64,000 bases of DNA, taken from positions 1,302,001 to 1,366,000 of the forward strand of contig OZ024741.1 in NCBI GenBank assembly GCA_964016885.1. The letters run 5' to 3'. Each line of letters begins with the position of its first letter. The first letter of the stretch is position 1. Below the pieces are notes generated by a model that was not told the origin of the DNA, made no database searches, and worked only from the letters and a program-made list of their open reading frames with translations. This DNA comes from Eledone cirrhosa (taxonomy: Eukaryota). Made by a program: the position numbers and the translations under genes. This document shows positions 13,700 through 28,000 of this stretch, piece after piece.

Positions 13700-16600
13700 A
13701 GGTTATTAAATGTAACATCTACCTACAGATAGATTATTCAAGGTAACATCTCCTACCTACAGATAGATTATTAAAGGTAACATCTCCTACCTACAGATAG
13801 ATTATTAAAGGTAACATCTCCTACCTACAGATAGATTATTAAAGGTAACATCTACTTACAGATAGATTATTAAAGACAACATCTCCTGCAGATAGATTAT
13901 TAAAGGTAACATCTCCTACCTACAGATAGATTATTAAAGGTAACATCTCCTAAATACAGATAGATTATTAAAGGTAACATCTACCTACAGATAGATTATT
14001 AAAGGTAACATCTCCTACCTACAGATAGATTATTAAAGGTAACATCTCCTACCTACAGATAGATTATTAAAGGTAACATCTCCTACCTACAGATAGATTA
14101 TTAAAGGTAACATCTCCCACCTACAGATACATTATTAAAGGTAACATCTACCTACAGATAGATTATTAAAAGTAACATCTCCTACCTACAGATAGATTAT
14201 TAAAGGTAACATCTACCTACAGATAGATTATTAAAGGTAACATCTCCTATCTACAGATAGATTATTAAAGGTAACATCTCCTACCTACAGATAGATTATT
14301 AAAGGTAACATCTCCTACCTACAGATAGATTATTAAAGGTAACATCTACCTACAGATAGATTATTAAAGACAACATCTCCTACCTACAGATAGATTATTA
14401 AAGGTAACATCTACCTACAGATAGATTATTAAAGGTAACATCTCCTACCTACAGATAGATTATTAAAGGTAACATCTACCTACAGATAGATTATTAAAGA
14501 CAACATCTCCTACCTACAGATAGATTATTAAAGGTAACATCTCCTATCTACAGATAGATTATTAAAAACAACATCTCCTACCTACAGATAGATTATTAAA
14601 TGTAACATCTAACTACAGATAGATTATTTAAGGTAACATCTCCTACCTACAAATAGATTATTAAAGGTAACAACTCCTACCTACAGATAGATTATTAAAG
14701 GTAACATCTCCTACCTACAGATAGATTATTAAAGGTAACATCTACCTACAGATAGATTATTAAAGGTAACATCTACCTACAGATAGATTATTAAAGATAA
14801 CATCTCCTAACTACAGATAGATTATTAAAGGTAACATCTACCTACAGATAGACTTTTAAAGGTAACATCTACCTACAGATAGAATATTAAAGGTAACATC
14901 TCCTACCTACAGATAGATTAATAAAAGTAACATCTACCTACAGATAGATTATTAAAGGCAACATCTCCTACCTACAGATAGATTAATAAAAGTAACATCT
15001 CCTACCTACAGATAGATTATTAAAGGTAACATCTACCTACAGATAGAATATTAAAGGTAACATCTCCTACCAACAGATAGATTATTAAAGGTAACATCTA
15101 CCTACAGATAGGTTATTAAAGGTAACATCTACCTACAGATAGATTATTCAAGGTAACATCTCCTACCTACAGATAGATTATTAAAGGTAACATCTCCTAC
15201 CTACAGATAGATTATTAAAGGTAACATCTCCTACCTACAGATAGATTATTAAAGGTAACATCTACTTACAGATAGATTATTAAAGACAACATCTCCTGCA
15301 GATAGATTATTAAAGGTAACATCTCCTACCTACAGATAGATTATTAAAGGTAACATCTCCTAAATACAGATAGATTATTAAAGGTAACATCTACCTACAG
15401 ATAGATTATTAAAGGTAACATCTCCTACCTACAGATAGATTATTAAAGGTAACATCTCCTACCTACAGATAGATTATTAAAGGTAACATCTCCTACCTAC
15501 AGATAGATTATTAAAGGTAACATCTACCTACAGATAGATTATTAAAGGTAACATCTACCTACAGATAGATTATTAAAGGTAACATCTACCTACAGATAGA
15601 TTATTAAAGGTAACATCTCCTACCTACAGATAGATTATTAAAGGTAACATCTACCTACAGATAGATTATTAAAGACAACATCTCCTACCTACAGATAGAT
15701 TATTAAAGATAACATCTCCTAACTACAGATAGATTATTAAAGGTAACATCTACCTACAGATAGACTATTAAAGGTAACATCTACCTACAGATAGAATATA
15801 AAAGGTAACATCTCCTACCTACAGATAGATTAATAAAAGTAACATCTACCTACAGATAGATTATTAAAGGCAACATCTCCTACCTACAGATAGATTAATA
15901 AAAGTAACATCTCCTACCTACAGATAGATTATTAAAGGTAACATCTACCTACAGATAGAATATTAAAGGTAACATCTCCTACCAACAGATAGATTATTAA
16001 AGGTAACATCTACCTACAGATAGGTTATTAAAGGTAACATCTACCTACAGATAGATTATTCAAGGTAACATCTCCTACCTACAGATAGATTATTAAAGGT
16101 AACATCTCCTACCTACAGATAGATTATTAAAGGTAACATCTCCTACCTACAGATAGATTATTAAAGGTAACATCTACTTACAGATAGATTATTAAAGACA
16201 ACATCTCCTGCAGATAGATTATTAAAGGTAACATCTCCTACCTACAGATAGATTATTAAAGGTAACATCTCCTAAATACAGATAGATTATTAAAGGTAAC
16301 ATCTACCTACAGATAGATTATTAAAGGTAACATCTCCTACCTACAGATAGATTATTAAAGGTAACATCTCCTACCTACAGATAGATTATTAAAGGTAACA
16401 TCTCCTACCTACAGATAGATTATTAAAGGTAACATCTCCCACCTACAGATACATTATTAAAGGTAACATCTACCCACAGATAGATTATTAAAAGTAACAT
16501 CTCCTACCTACAGATAGATTATTAAAGGTAACATCTACCTACAGATAGATTATTAAAGGTAACATCTCCTATCTACAGATAGATTATTAAAGGTAACATC

Positions 16601-19600
16601 TCCTACCTACAGATAGATTATTAAAGGTAACATCTCCTACCTACAGATAGATTATTAAAGGTAACATCTACCTACAGATAGATTATTAAAGACAACATCT
16701 CCTACCTACAGATAGATTATTAAAGGTAACATCTACCTACAGATAAATTATTAAAGGTAACATCTCCTACCTACAGATAGATTATTAAAGGTAACATCTA
16801 CCTACAGATAGATTATTAAAGACAACATCTCCTACCTACAGATAGATTATTAAAGGTAACATCTACCTACAGATAGATTATTAAAGGTAACATCTCCTAT
16901 CTACAGATAGATTATTAAAAACAACATCTCCTACCTACAGATAGATTATTAAATGTAACATCTAACTACAGATAGATTATTTAAGGTAACATCTCCTACC
17001 TACAAATAGATTATTAAAGGTAACAACTCCTACCTACAGATAGATTATTAAAGGTAACATCTCCTACCTACAGATAGATTATTAAAGGTAACATCTACCT
17101 ACAGATAGATTATTAAAGGTAACATCTACCTACAGATAGATTATTAAAGATAACATCTCCTAACTACAGATAGATTATTAAAGGTAACATCTACCTACAG
17201 ATAGACTATTAAAGGTAACATCTACCTACAGATAGAATATAAAAGGTAACATCTCCTACCTACAGATAGATTAATAAAAGTAACATCTACCTACAGATAG
17301 ATTATTAAAGGCAACATCTCCTACCTACAGATAGATTAATAAAAGTAACATCTCCTACCTACAGATAGATTATTAAAGGTAACATCTACCTACAGATAGA
17401 ATATTAAAGGTAACATCTCCTACCAACAGATAGATTATTAAAGGTAACATCTACCTACAGATAGGTTATTAAAGGTAACATCTACCTACAGATAGATTAT
17501 TCAAGGTAACATCTCCTACCTACAGATAGATTATTAAAGGTAACATCTCCTACCTACAGATAGATTATTAAAGGTAACATCTACTTACAGATAGATTATT
17601 AAAGACAACATCTCCTGCAGATAGATTATTAAAGGTAACATCTCCTACCTACAGATAGATTATTAAAGGTAACATCTCCTAAATACAGATAGATTATTAA
17701 AGGTAACATCTACCTACAGATAGATTATTAAAGGTAACATCTCCTATCTACAGATAGATTATTAAAAACAACATCTCCTACCTACAGATAGATTATTAAA
17801 TGTAACATCTAACTACAGATAGATTATTTAAGGTAACATCTCCTACCTACAAATAGATTATTAAAGGTAACAACTCCTACGTACAGATAGATTATTAAAG
17901 GTAACATCTCCTACCAACAGATAGATTATTAAAGGTAACATCTACCTACAGATAGATTATTAAAGGTAACATCTACCTACAGATAGATTATTAAAGATAA
18001 CATCTCCTAACTACAGATAGATTATTAAAGGTAACATCTACCTACAGATAGACTATTAAAGGTAACATCTACCTACAGATAGAATATTAAAGGTAACATC
18101 TCCTACCTACAGATAGATTAATAAAAGTAACATCTACCTACAGATAGATTATTAAAGGCAACATCTCCTACCTACAGATAGATTAATAAAAGTAACATCT
18201 CCTACCTACAGATAGATTATTAAAGGTAACATCTACCTACAGATAGAATATTAAAGGTAACATCTCCTACCAACAGATAGATTATTAAAGGTAACATCTA
18301 CCTACAGATAGGTTATTAAAGGTAACATCTACCTACAGATAGATTATTCAAGGTAACATCTCCTACCTACAGATAGATTATTAAAGGTAACATCTCCTAC
18401 CTACAGATAGATTATTAAAGGTAACATCTCCTACCTACAGATAGATTATTAAAGGTAACATCTACTTACAGATAGATTATTAAAGACAACATCTCCTGCA
18501 GATAGATTATTAAAGGTAACATCTCCTACCTACAGATAGATTATTAAAGGTAACATCTCCTACCTACAGATAGATTATTAAAGGTAACATCTCCTACCTA
18601 CAGATAGATTATTAAAGGTAACATCTCCCACCTACAGATACATTATTAAAGGTAACATCTACCTACAGATAGATTATTAAAAGTAACATCTCCTACCTAC
18701 AGATAGATTATTAAAGGTAACATCTACCTACAGATAGATTATTAAAGGTAACATCTCCTATCTACAGATAGATTATTAAAGGTAACATCTCCTACCTACA
18801 GATAGATTATTAAAGGTAACATCTCCTACCTACAGATAGATTATTAAAGGTAACATCTACCTACAGATAGATTATTAAAGACAACATCTCCTACCTACAG
18901 ATAGATTATTAAAGGTAACATCTACCTACAGATAAATTATTAAAGGTAACATCTCCTACCTACAGATAGATTATTAAAGGTAACATCTACCTACAGATAG
19001 ATTATTAAAGACAACATCTCCTACCTACAGATAGATTATTAAAGGTAACATCTACCTACAGATAGATTATTAAAGGTAACATCTCCTATCTACAGATAGA
19101 TTATTAAAAACAACATCTCCTACCTACAGATAGATTATTAAATGTAACATCTAACTACAGATAGATTATTTAAGGTAACATCTCCTACCTACAAATAGAT
19201 TATTAAAGGTAACAACTCCTACCTACAGATAGATTATTAAAGGTAACATCTCCTACCTACAGATAGATTATTAAAGGTAACATCTACCTACAGATAGATT
19301 ATTAAAGGTAACATCTACCTACAGATAGATTATTAAAGATAACATCTCCTAACTACAGATAGATTATTAAAGGTAACATCTACCTACAGATAGACTATTA
19401 AAGGTAACATCTACCTACAGATAGAATATAAAAGGTAACATCTCCTACCTACAGATAGATTAATAAAAGTAACATCTACCTACAGATAGATTATTAAAGG
19501 CAACATCTCCTACCTACAGATAGATTAATAAAAGTAACATCTCCTACCTACAGATAGATTATTAAAGGTAACATCTACCTACAGATAGAATATTAAAGGT

Positions 19601-22440
19601 AACATCTCCTACCAACAGATAGATTATTAAAGGTAACATCTACCTACAGATAGGTTATTAAAGGTAACATCTACCTACAGATAGATTATTCAAGGTAACA
19701 TCTCCTACCTACAGATAGATTATTAAAGGTAACATCTCCTACCTACAGATAGATTATTAAAGGTAACATCTACTTACAGATAGATTATTAAAGACAACAT
19801 CTCCTGCAGATAGATTATTAAAGGTAACATCTCCTACCTACAGATAGATTATTAAAGGTAACATCTCCTAAATACAGATAGATTATTAAAGGTAACATCT
19901 ACCTACAGATAGATTATTAAAGGTAACATCTCCTATCTACAGATAGATTATTAAAAACAACATCTCCTACCTACAGATAGATTATTAAATGTAACATCTA
20001 ACTACAGATAGATTATTTAAGGTAACATCTCCTACCTACAAATAGATTATTAAAGGTAACAACTCCTACGTACAGATAGATTATTAAAGGTAACATCTCC
20101 TACCAACAGATAGATTATTAAAGGTAACATCTACCTACAGATAGATTATTAAAGGTAACATCTACCTACAGATAGATTATTAAAGGTAACATCTCCTAAC
20201 TACAGATAGATTATTAAAGGTAACATCTACCTACAGATAGACTATTAAAGGTAACATCTACCTACAGATAGAATATTAAAGGTAACATCTCCTACCTACA
20301 GATAGATTAATAAAAGTAACATCTACCTACAGATAGATTATTAAAGGCAACATCTCCTACCTACAGATAGATTAATAAAAGTAACATCTCCTACCTACAG
20401 ATAGATTATTAAAGGTAACATCTACCTACAGATAGGTTATTAAAGGTAACATCTACCTACAGATAGATTATTCAAGGTAACATCTCCTACCTACAGATAG
20501 ATTATTAAAGGTAACATCTCCTACCTACAGATAGATTATTAAAGGTAACATCTCCTACCTACAGATAGATTATTAAAGGTAACATCTACTTACAGATAGA
20601 TTATTAAAGACAACATCTCCTGCAGATAGATTATTAAAGGTAACATCTCCTACCTACAGATAGATTATTAAAGGTAACATCTCCTAAATACAGATAGATT
20701 ATTAAAGGTAACATCTACCTACAGATAGATTATTAAAGGTAACATCTCCTACCTACAGATAGATTATTAAAGGTAACATCTCCTACCTACAGATAGATTA
20801 TTAAAGGTAACATCTCCTACCTACAGATAGATTATTAAAGGTAACATCTCCCACCTACAGATACATTATTAAAGGTAACATCTACCTACAGATAGATTAT
20901 TAAAAGTAACATCTCCTACCTACAGATAGATTATTAAAGGTAACATCTACCTACAGATAAATTATTAAAGGTAACATCTCCTATCTACAGATAGATTATT
21001 AAAGGTAACATCTCCTACCTACAGATAGATTATTAAAGGTAACATCTCCTACCTACAGATAGATTATTAAAGGTAACATCTACCTACAGATAGATTATTA
21101 AAGACAACATCTCCTACCTACAGATAGATTATTAAAGGTAACATCTACCTACAGATAGATTATTAAAGGTAACATCTCCTACCTACAGATAGATTATTAA
21201 AGGTAACATCTACCTACAGATAGATTATTAAAGACAACATCTCCTACCTACAGATAGATTATTAAAGGTAACATCTCCTATCTACAGATAGATTATTAAA
21301 AACAACATCTCCTACCTACAGATAGATTATTAAATGTAACATCTAACTACAGATAGATTATTTAAGGTAACATCTCCTACCTACAAATAGATTATTAAAG
21401 GTAACAACTCCTACCTACAGATAGATTATTAAAGGTAACATCTCCTACCTACAGATAGATTATTAAAGGTAACATCTACCTACAGATAGATTATTAAAGG
21501 TAACATCTACCTACAGATAGATTATTAAAGATAACATCTCCTAACTACAGATAGATTATTAAAGGTAACATCTACCTACAGATAGACTTTTAAAGGTAAC
21601 ATCTACCTACAGATAGAATATTAAAGGTAACATCTCCTACATACAGATAGATTAATAAAAGTAACATCTACCTACAGATAGATTATTAAAGGCAACATCT
21701 CCTACCTACAGATAGATTAATAAAAGTAACATCTCCTACCTACAGATAGATTATTAAAGGTAACATCTACCTACAGATAGAATATTAAAGGTAACATCTC
21801 CTACCAACAGATAGATTATTAAAGGTAACATCTACCTACAGATAGGTTATTAAAGGTAACATCTACCTACAGATAGATTATTCAAGGTAACATCTCCTAC
21901 CTACAGATAGATTATTAAAGGTAACATCTCCTACCTACAGATAGATTATTAAAGGTAACATCTCCTACCTACAGATAGATTATTAAAGGTAACATCTACT
22001 TACAGATAGATTATTAAAGACAACATCTCCTGCAGATAGATTATTAAAGGTAACATCTCCTACCTACAGATAGATTATTAAAGGTAACATCTCCTAAATA
22101 CAGATAGATTATTAAAGGTAACATCTACCTACAGATAGATTATTAAAGGTAACATCTCCTACCTACAGATAGATTATTAAAGGTAACATCTCCTACCTAC
22201 AGATAGATTATTAAAGGTAACATCTCCTACCTACAGATAGATTATTAAAGGTAACATCTACCTACAGATAGATTATTAAAGGTAACATCTACCTACAGAT
22301 AGATTATTAAAGGTAACATCTACCTACAGATAGATTATTAAAGGTAACATCTCCTACCTACAGATAGATTATTAAAGGTAACATCTACCTACAGATAGAT
22401 TATTAAAGACAACATCTCCTACCTACAGATAGATTATTAA
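13700..22440. repeat. Non-adjacent block duplication, offset 6734 bp (~13.7-15.7 kb vs ~20.4-22.4 kb)
   Basis: The private variant GACTTTTAAA was seen only at 14851 and 21585. PstI markers 13886/20620 and 15296/22030 show the same 6734 offset. Confidence 0.8.
16320..20430. repeat. Tandem block duplication, offset 2189 bp
   Basis: CAACTCCTACGTAC (G at 17881 and 20070), GATAAATT (16746/18935), CCCAC (16438/18627) and PstI (17615/19804) are all offset by 2189. Confidence 0.85.
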
Positions 22441-25019
22441 AGGTAACATCTACCTACAGTTAGTTTATTAAAGGTAACATCTCCTATCTACAGATAGATT
22501 ATTAAAAACAACATCTCCTACCTACAGATAGATTATTAAATGTAACATCTAACTACAGATAGATTATTTAAGGTAACATCTCCTACCTACAAATAGATTA
22601 TTAAAGGTAACAACTCCTACCTACAGATAGATTATTAAAGGTAACATCTCCTACCTACAGATAGATTATTAAAGGTAACATCTACCTACAGATAGATTAT
22701 TAAAGGTAACATCTACCTACAGATAGATTATTAAAGGTAACATCTCCTAAATACAGATAGATTATTAAAGGTAACATCTACCTACAGATAGATTATTAAA
22801 GGTAACATCTCCTATCTACAGATAGATTATTAAAAACAACATCTCCTACCTACAGATAGATTATTAAATGTAACATCTAACTACAGATAGATTATTTAAG
22901 GTAACATCTCCTACCTACAAATAGATTATTAAAGGTAACAACTCCTACCTACAGATAGATTATTAAAGGTAACATCTCCTACCTACAGATAGATTATTAA
23001 AGGTAACATCTACCTACAGATAGATTATTAAAGGTAACATCTACCTACAGATAGATTATTAAAGATAACATCTCCTAACTACAGATAGATTATTAAAGGT
23101 AACATCTACCTACAGATAGACTATTAAAGGTAACATCTACCTACAGATAGAATATTAAAGGTAACATCTCCTACCTACAGATAGATTAATAAAAGTAATA
23201 TCTACCTACAGATAGATTATTAAAGGCAACATCTCCTACCTACAGATAGATTAATAAAAGTAACACCTCCTACCTACAGATAGATTATTAAAGGTAACAT
23301 CTACCTACAGATAGAATATTAAAGGTAACATCTCCTACCAACAGATAGATTATTAAAGGTAACATCTACCTACAGATAGGTTATTAAAGGTAACATCTAC
23401 CTACAGATAGATTATTCAAGGTAACATCTCCTACCTACAGATAGATTATTAAAGGTAACATCTCCTACCTACAGATAGATTATTAAAGGTAACATCTCCT
23501 ACCTACAGATAGATTATTAAAGGTAACATCTACTTACAGATAGATTATTAAAGACAACATCTCCTGCAGATAGATTATTAAAGGTAACATCTCCTACCTA
23601 CAGATAGATTATTAAAGGTAACATCTCCTAAATACAGATAGATTATTAAAGGTAACATCTACCTACAGATAGATTATTAAAGGTAACATCTCCTACCTAC
23701 AGATAGATTATTAAAGGTAACATCTCCTACCTACAGATAGATTATTAAAGGTAACATCTCCTACCTACAGATAGATTATTAAAGGTAACATCTCCCACCT
23801 ACAGATACATTATTAAAGGTAACATCTACCTACAGATAGATTATTAAAAGTAACATCTCCTACCTACAGATAGATTATTAAAGGTAACATCTACCTACAG
23901 ATAGATTATTAAAGGTAACATCTCCTATCTACAGATAGATTATTAAAGGTAACATCTCCTACCTACAGATAGATTATTAAAGGTAACATCTCCTACCTAC
24001 AGATAGATTATTAAAGGTAACATCTACCTACAGATAGATTATTAAAGACAACATCTCCTACCTACAGATAGATTATTAAAGGTAACATCTACCTACAGAT
24101 AGATTATTAAAGGTAACATCTCCTACCTACAGATAGATTATTAAAGGTAACATCTACCTACAGATAGATTATTAAAGACAACATCTCCTACCTACAGATA
24201 GATTATTAAAGGTAACATCTCCTATCTACAGATATATTATTAAAAACAACATCTCCTACCTACAGATAGATTATTAAATGTAACATCTAACTACAGATAG
24301 ATTATTTAAGGTAACATCTCCTACCTACAAATAGATTATTAAAGGTAACAACTCCTACCTACAGATAGATTATTAAAGGTAACATCTCCTACCTACAGAT
24401 AGATTATTAAAGGTAACATCTACCTACAGATAGATTATTAAAGGTAACATCTACCTACAGATAGATTATTAAAGATAACATCTCCTAACTACAGATAGAT
24501 TATTAAAGGTAACATCTACCTACAGATAGACTATTAAAGGTAACATCTACCTACAGATAGAATATTAAAGGTAACATCTCCTACCTACAGATAGATTAAT
24601 AAAAGTAACATCTACGTACAGATAGATTATTAAAGGCAACATCTCCTACCTACAGATAGATTAATAAAAGTAACATCTCCTACCTACAGATAGATTATTA
24701 AAGGTAACATCTACCTACAGATAGAATATTAAAGGTAACATCTCCTACCAACAGATAGATTATTAAAGGTAACATCTACCTACAGATAGGTTATTAAAGG
24801 TAACATCTACCTACAGATAGATTATTCAAGGTAACATCTCCTACCTACAGATAGATTATTAAAGGTAACATCTCCTACCTACAGATACATTATTAAAGGT
24901 AACATCTCCTACCTACAGATAGATTATTAAAGGTAACATCTACTTACAGATAGATTATTAAAGACAACATCTCCTGCAGATAGATTATTAAAGGTAACAT
25001 CTCCTACCTACAGATAGAT

Positions 25020-28000
25020 TATTAAAGGTAACATCTCCTAAATACAGATAGATTATTAAAGGTAACATCTACCTACAGATAGATTATTAAAGGTAACATC
25101 TCCTACCTACAGATAGATTATTAAAGGTAACATCTCCTACCTACAGATAGATTATTAAAGGTAACATCTACCTACAGATAGATTAATAAAGGTAACATCT
25201 ACCTACAGATAGATTATTAAAGGTAACATCTCCTACCTACAGATAGATTATTAAAGGTAACATCTCCTGCCTTACAGATAGATTATTAAAGGTAACATCT
25301 ACCTACAGATAGATTATTAAAGGTAACATCTACCTACAGATAGATTATTAAAGGTAACATCTCCTACCTACAGATAGATTATTAAAGACAACATCTCCTA
25401 CCTACAGATAGATTATTAAAGGTAACATCTCCTAATTACAGATAGATTATTAAAGACAACATCTCCTACCTAAAGATAGATTATTAAACGTAACATCTCC
25501 TACCTACAGATAGATTATAAAAGGTAACATCTCCTACCTACAGATAGATTATTAAAGGTAACATCTACCTACAGATAGATGATTAAACTTAACATCTCCT
25601 ACCTACAGATAGATTATTAAAGGTAACATCTAACTACAGATAGATTATTAAAGGTAACATCTCCTACCTACAGATAGATTATTAAAGGTAACATCTACTA
25701 CCTACAGATAGATTATTAAAGGTAACATCTCCTACCTACAGATAGATTATTAAAGGTAACATCTCCTACCTACAGATAGATTATTAAAGGTAACATCTCC
25801 CACCTACAGATAGATTATTAAAGGTAACATCTACCTACAGATAGATTATTAAAAGTAACATCTCCTACCTACAGATAGATTATTAAAGGTAACATCTACC
25901 TACAAATAGATTATTAAAGGTAACATCTCCTATCTACAGATAGATTATTAAAGGTAACATCTCCTACCTACAGATAGATTATTAAAGGTAACATCTCCTA
26001 CCTACAGATAGATTATTAAAGGTAACATCTACCTACAGATAGATTATTAAAGACAACATCTCCTACCTACAGATAGATTATTAAAGGTAACATCTACCTA
26101 CAGATAGATTATTAAAGGTAACCCCTCCTACCTACAGATAGATTATTAAAGGTAACACCTACCTACATATAGATTATTAAAGACAACATCTCCTACCTAC
26201 AGATAGATTATTAAAGGTAACATCTACCTACAGATAGATTATTAAAGGCAACATCTCCTATCTACAGATAGATTATTAAAAACAACATCTCCTACCTACA
26301 GATAGATTATTAAATGTAACATCTAACTACAGATAGATTATTTAAGGTAACATCTCCTACCTACAAATAGATTATTAAAGGTAACAACTCCTACCTACAG
26401 ATAGATTATTAAAGGTAACATCTACCTACAGATAGATTGTTAAAGGTAACATCTACCTACAGATAGATTATTAAAGATAACATCTCCTAACTACAGATAG
26501 ATTATTAAAGGTAACATCTACCTACAGATAGACTATTAAAGGTAACATCTACCTACAGATAGAATATTAAAGGTAACATCTCCTACCTACAGATAGATTA
26601 ATAAAAGTAACATCTACCTACAGACAGATTATTAAAGGCAACATCTCCTACCTACAGATAGATTAATAAAAGTAACATCTCCTACCTACAGATAGATTAT
26701 TAAAGGTAACATCTACCTACAGATAGAATATTAAAGGTAACATCTCCTACCAACAGATAGATTATTAAAGGTAACATCTACCTACAGATAGATTATTAAA
26801 GGTAACATCTACCTACAGATAGATTATTAAAGATAACATCTCCTAACTACAGATAGATTATTAAAGGTAACATCTACCTACAGATAGACTATTAAAGGTA
26901 ATATCTACCTACAGATAGAATATTAAAGGTAACATCTCCTACCTACAGATAGATTAATAAAAGTAACATCTACCTACAGATAGATTATTAAAGGCAACAT
27001 CTCCTACCTACAGATAGATTAATAAAAGTAACATCTCCTACCTACAGATAGATTATTAAAGGTAACATCTACCTACAGATAGAATATTAAAGGTAACATC
27101 TCCTACCAACAGATAGATTATTAAAGGTAACATCTACCTACAGATAGGTTATTAAAGGTAACATCTACCTACAGATAGATTATTCAAGGTAACATCTCCT
27201 ACCTACAGATAGATTATTAAAGGTAACATCTCCTACCTACAGATAGATTATTAAAGGTAACATCTCCTACCTACAGATAGATTATTAAAGGTAACATCTA
27301 CTTACAGATAGATTATTAAAGACAACATCTCCTGCAGATAGATTATTAAAGGTAACATCTCCTACCTACAGATAGATTATTAAAGGTAACATCTCCTAAA
27401 TACAGATAGATTATTAAAGGTAACATCTACCTACAGATAGATTATTAAAGGTAACATCTCCTACATACAGATAGATTATTAAAGGTAACATCTCCTACCT
27501 ACAGATAGATTATTAAAGGTAACATCTACCTACAGATAGATTATTAAAGGTAACATCTACCTACAGATAGATTATTAAAGGTAACATCTCCTACCTACAG
27601 ATAGATTATTAAAGGTAACATCTCCTGCCTTACAGATAGATTATTAAAGGTAACATCTACCTACAGATAGATTATTAAAGGTAACATCTACCTACAGATA
27701 GATTATTAAAGGTAACATCTCCTACCTACAGATAGATTATTAAAGACAACATCTCCTACCTACAGATAGATTATTAAAGGTAACATCTCCTAATTACAGA
27801 TAGATTATTAAAGACAACATCTCCTACCTAAAGATAGATTATTAAACGTAACATCTCCTACCTACAGATAGATTATAAAAGGTAACATCTCCTACCTACA
27901 GATAGATTATTAAAGGTAACATCTACCTACAGATAGATGATTAAACTTAACATCTCCTACCTACAGATAGATTATTAAAGGTAACATCTAACTACAGATA

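Larger units (their letters stand above)
1..25250. repeat. HOR domain 1: ~1407-1441-bp (43-44-monomer) higher-order repeat with truncated variants
   Basis: The 30-bp CTGCAG (PstI) marker monomer occurs at 996, 1685, 3092, 4075, 5841, 6530, 7937, 9378, 10785, 11598, 13005, 13886, 15296, 16208, 17615, 18496, 19804, 20620, 22030, 23564, 24974. The spacings 1407 and 1410 recur and equal the 1441 spacing minus one 34- or 31-mer. The same ordered variant string (AAAAAC, TGTAAC..AACT, TTTAAG..CAAAT, CAACTCC, GATAAC, GACT, GAAT, AATAAAA, GGCAAC, ACCAAC, AGGTT, TTCAAG, ACTT, CTGCAG, AAATAC, CCCAC) repeats. Confidence 0.9.
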
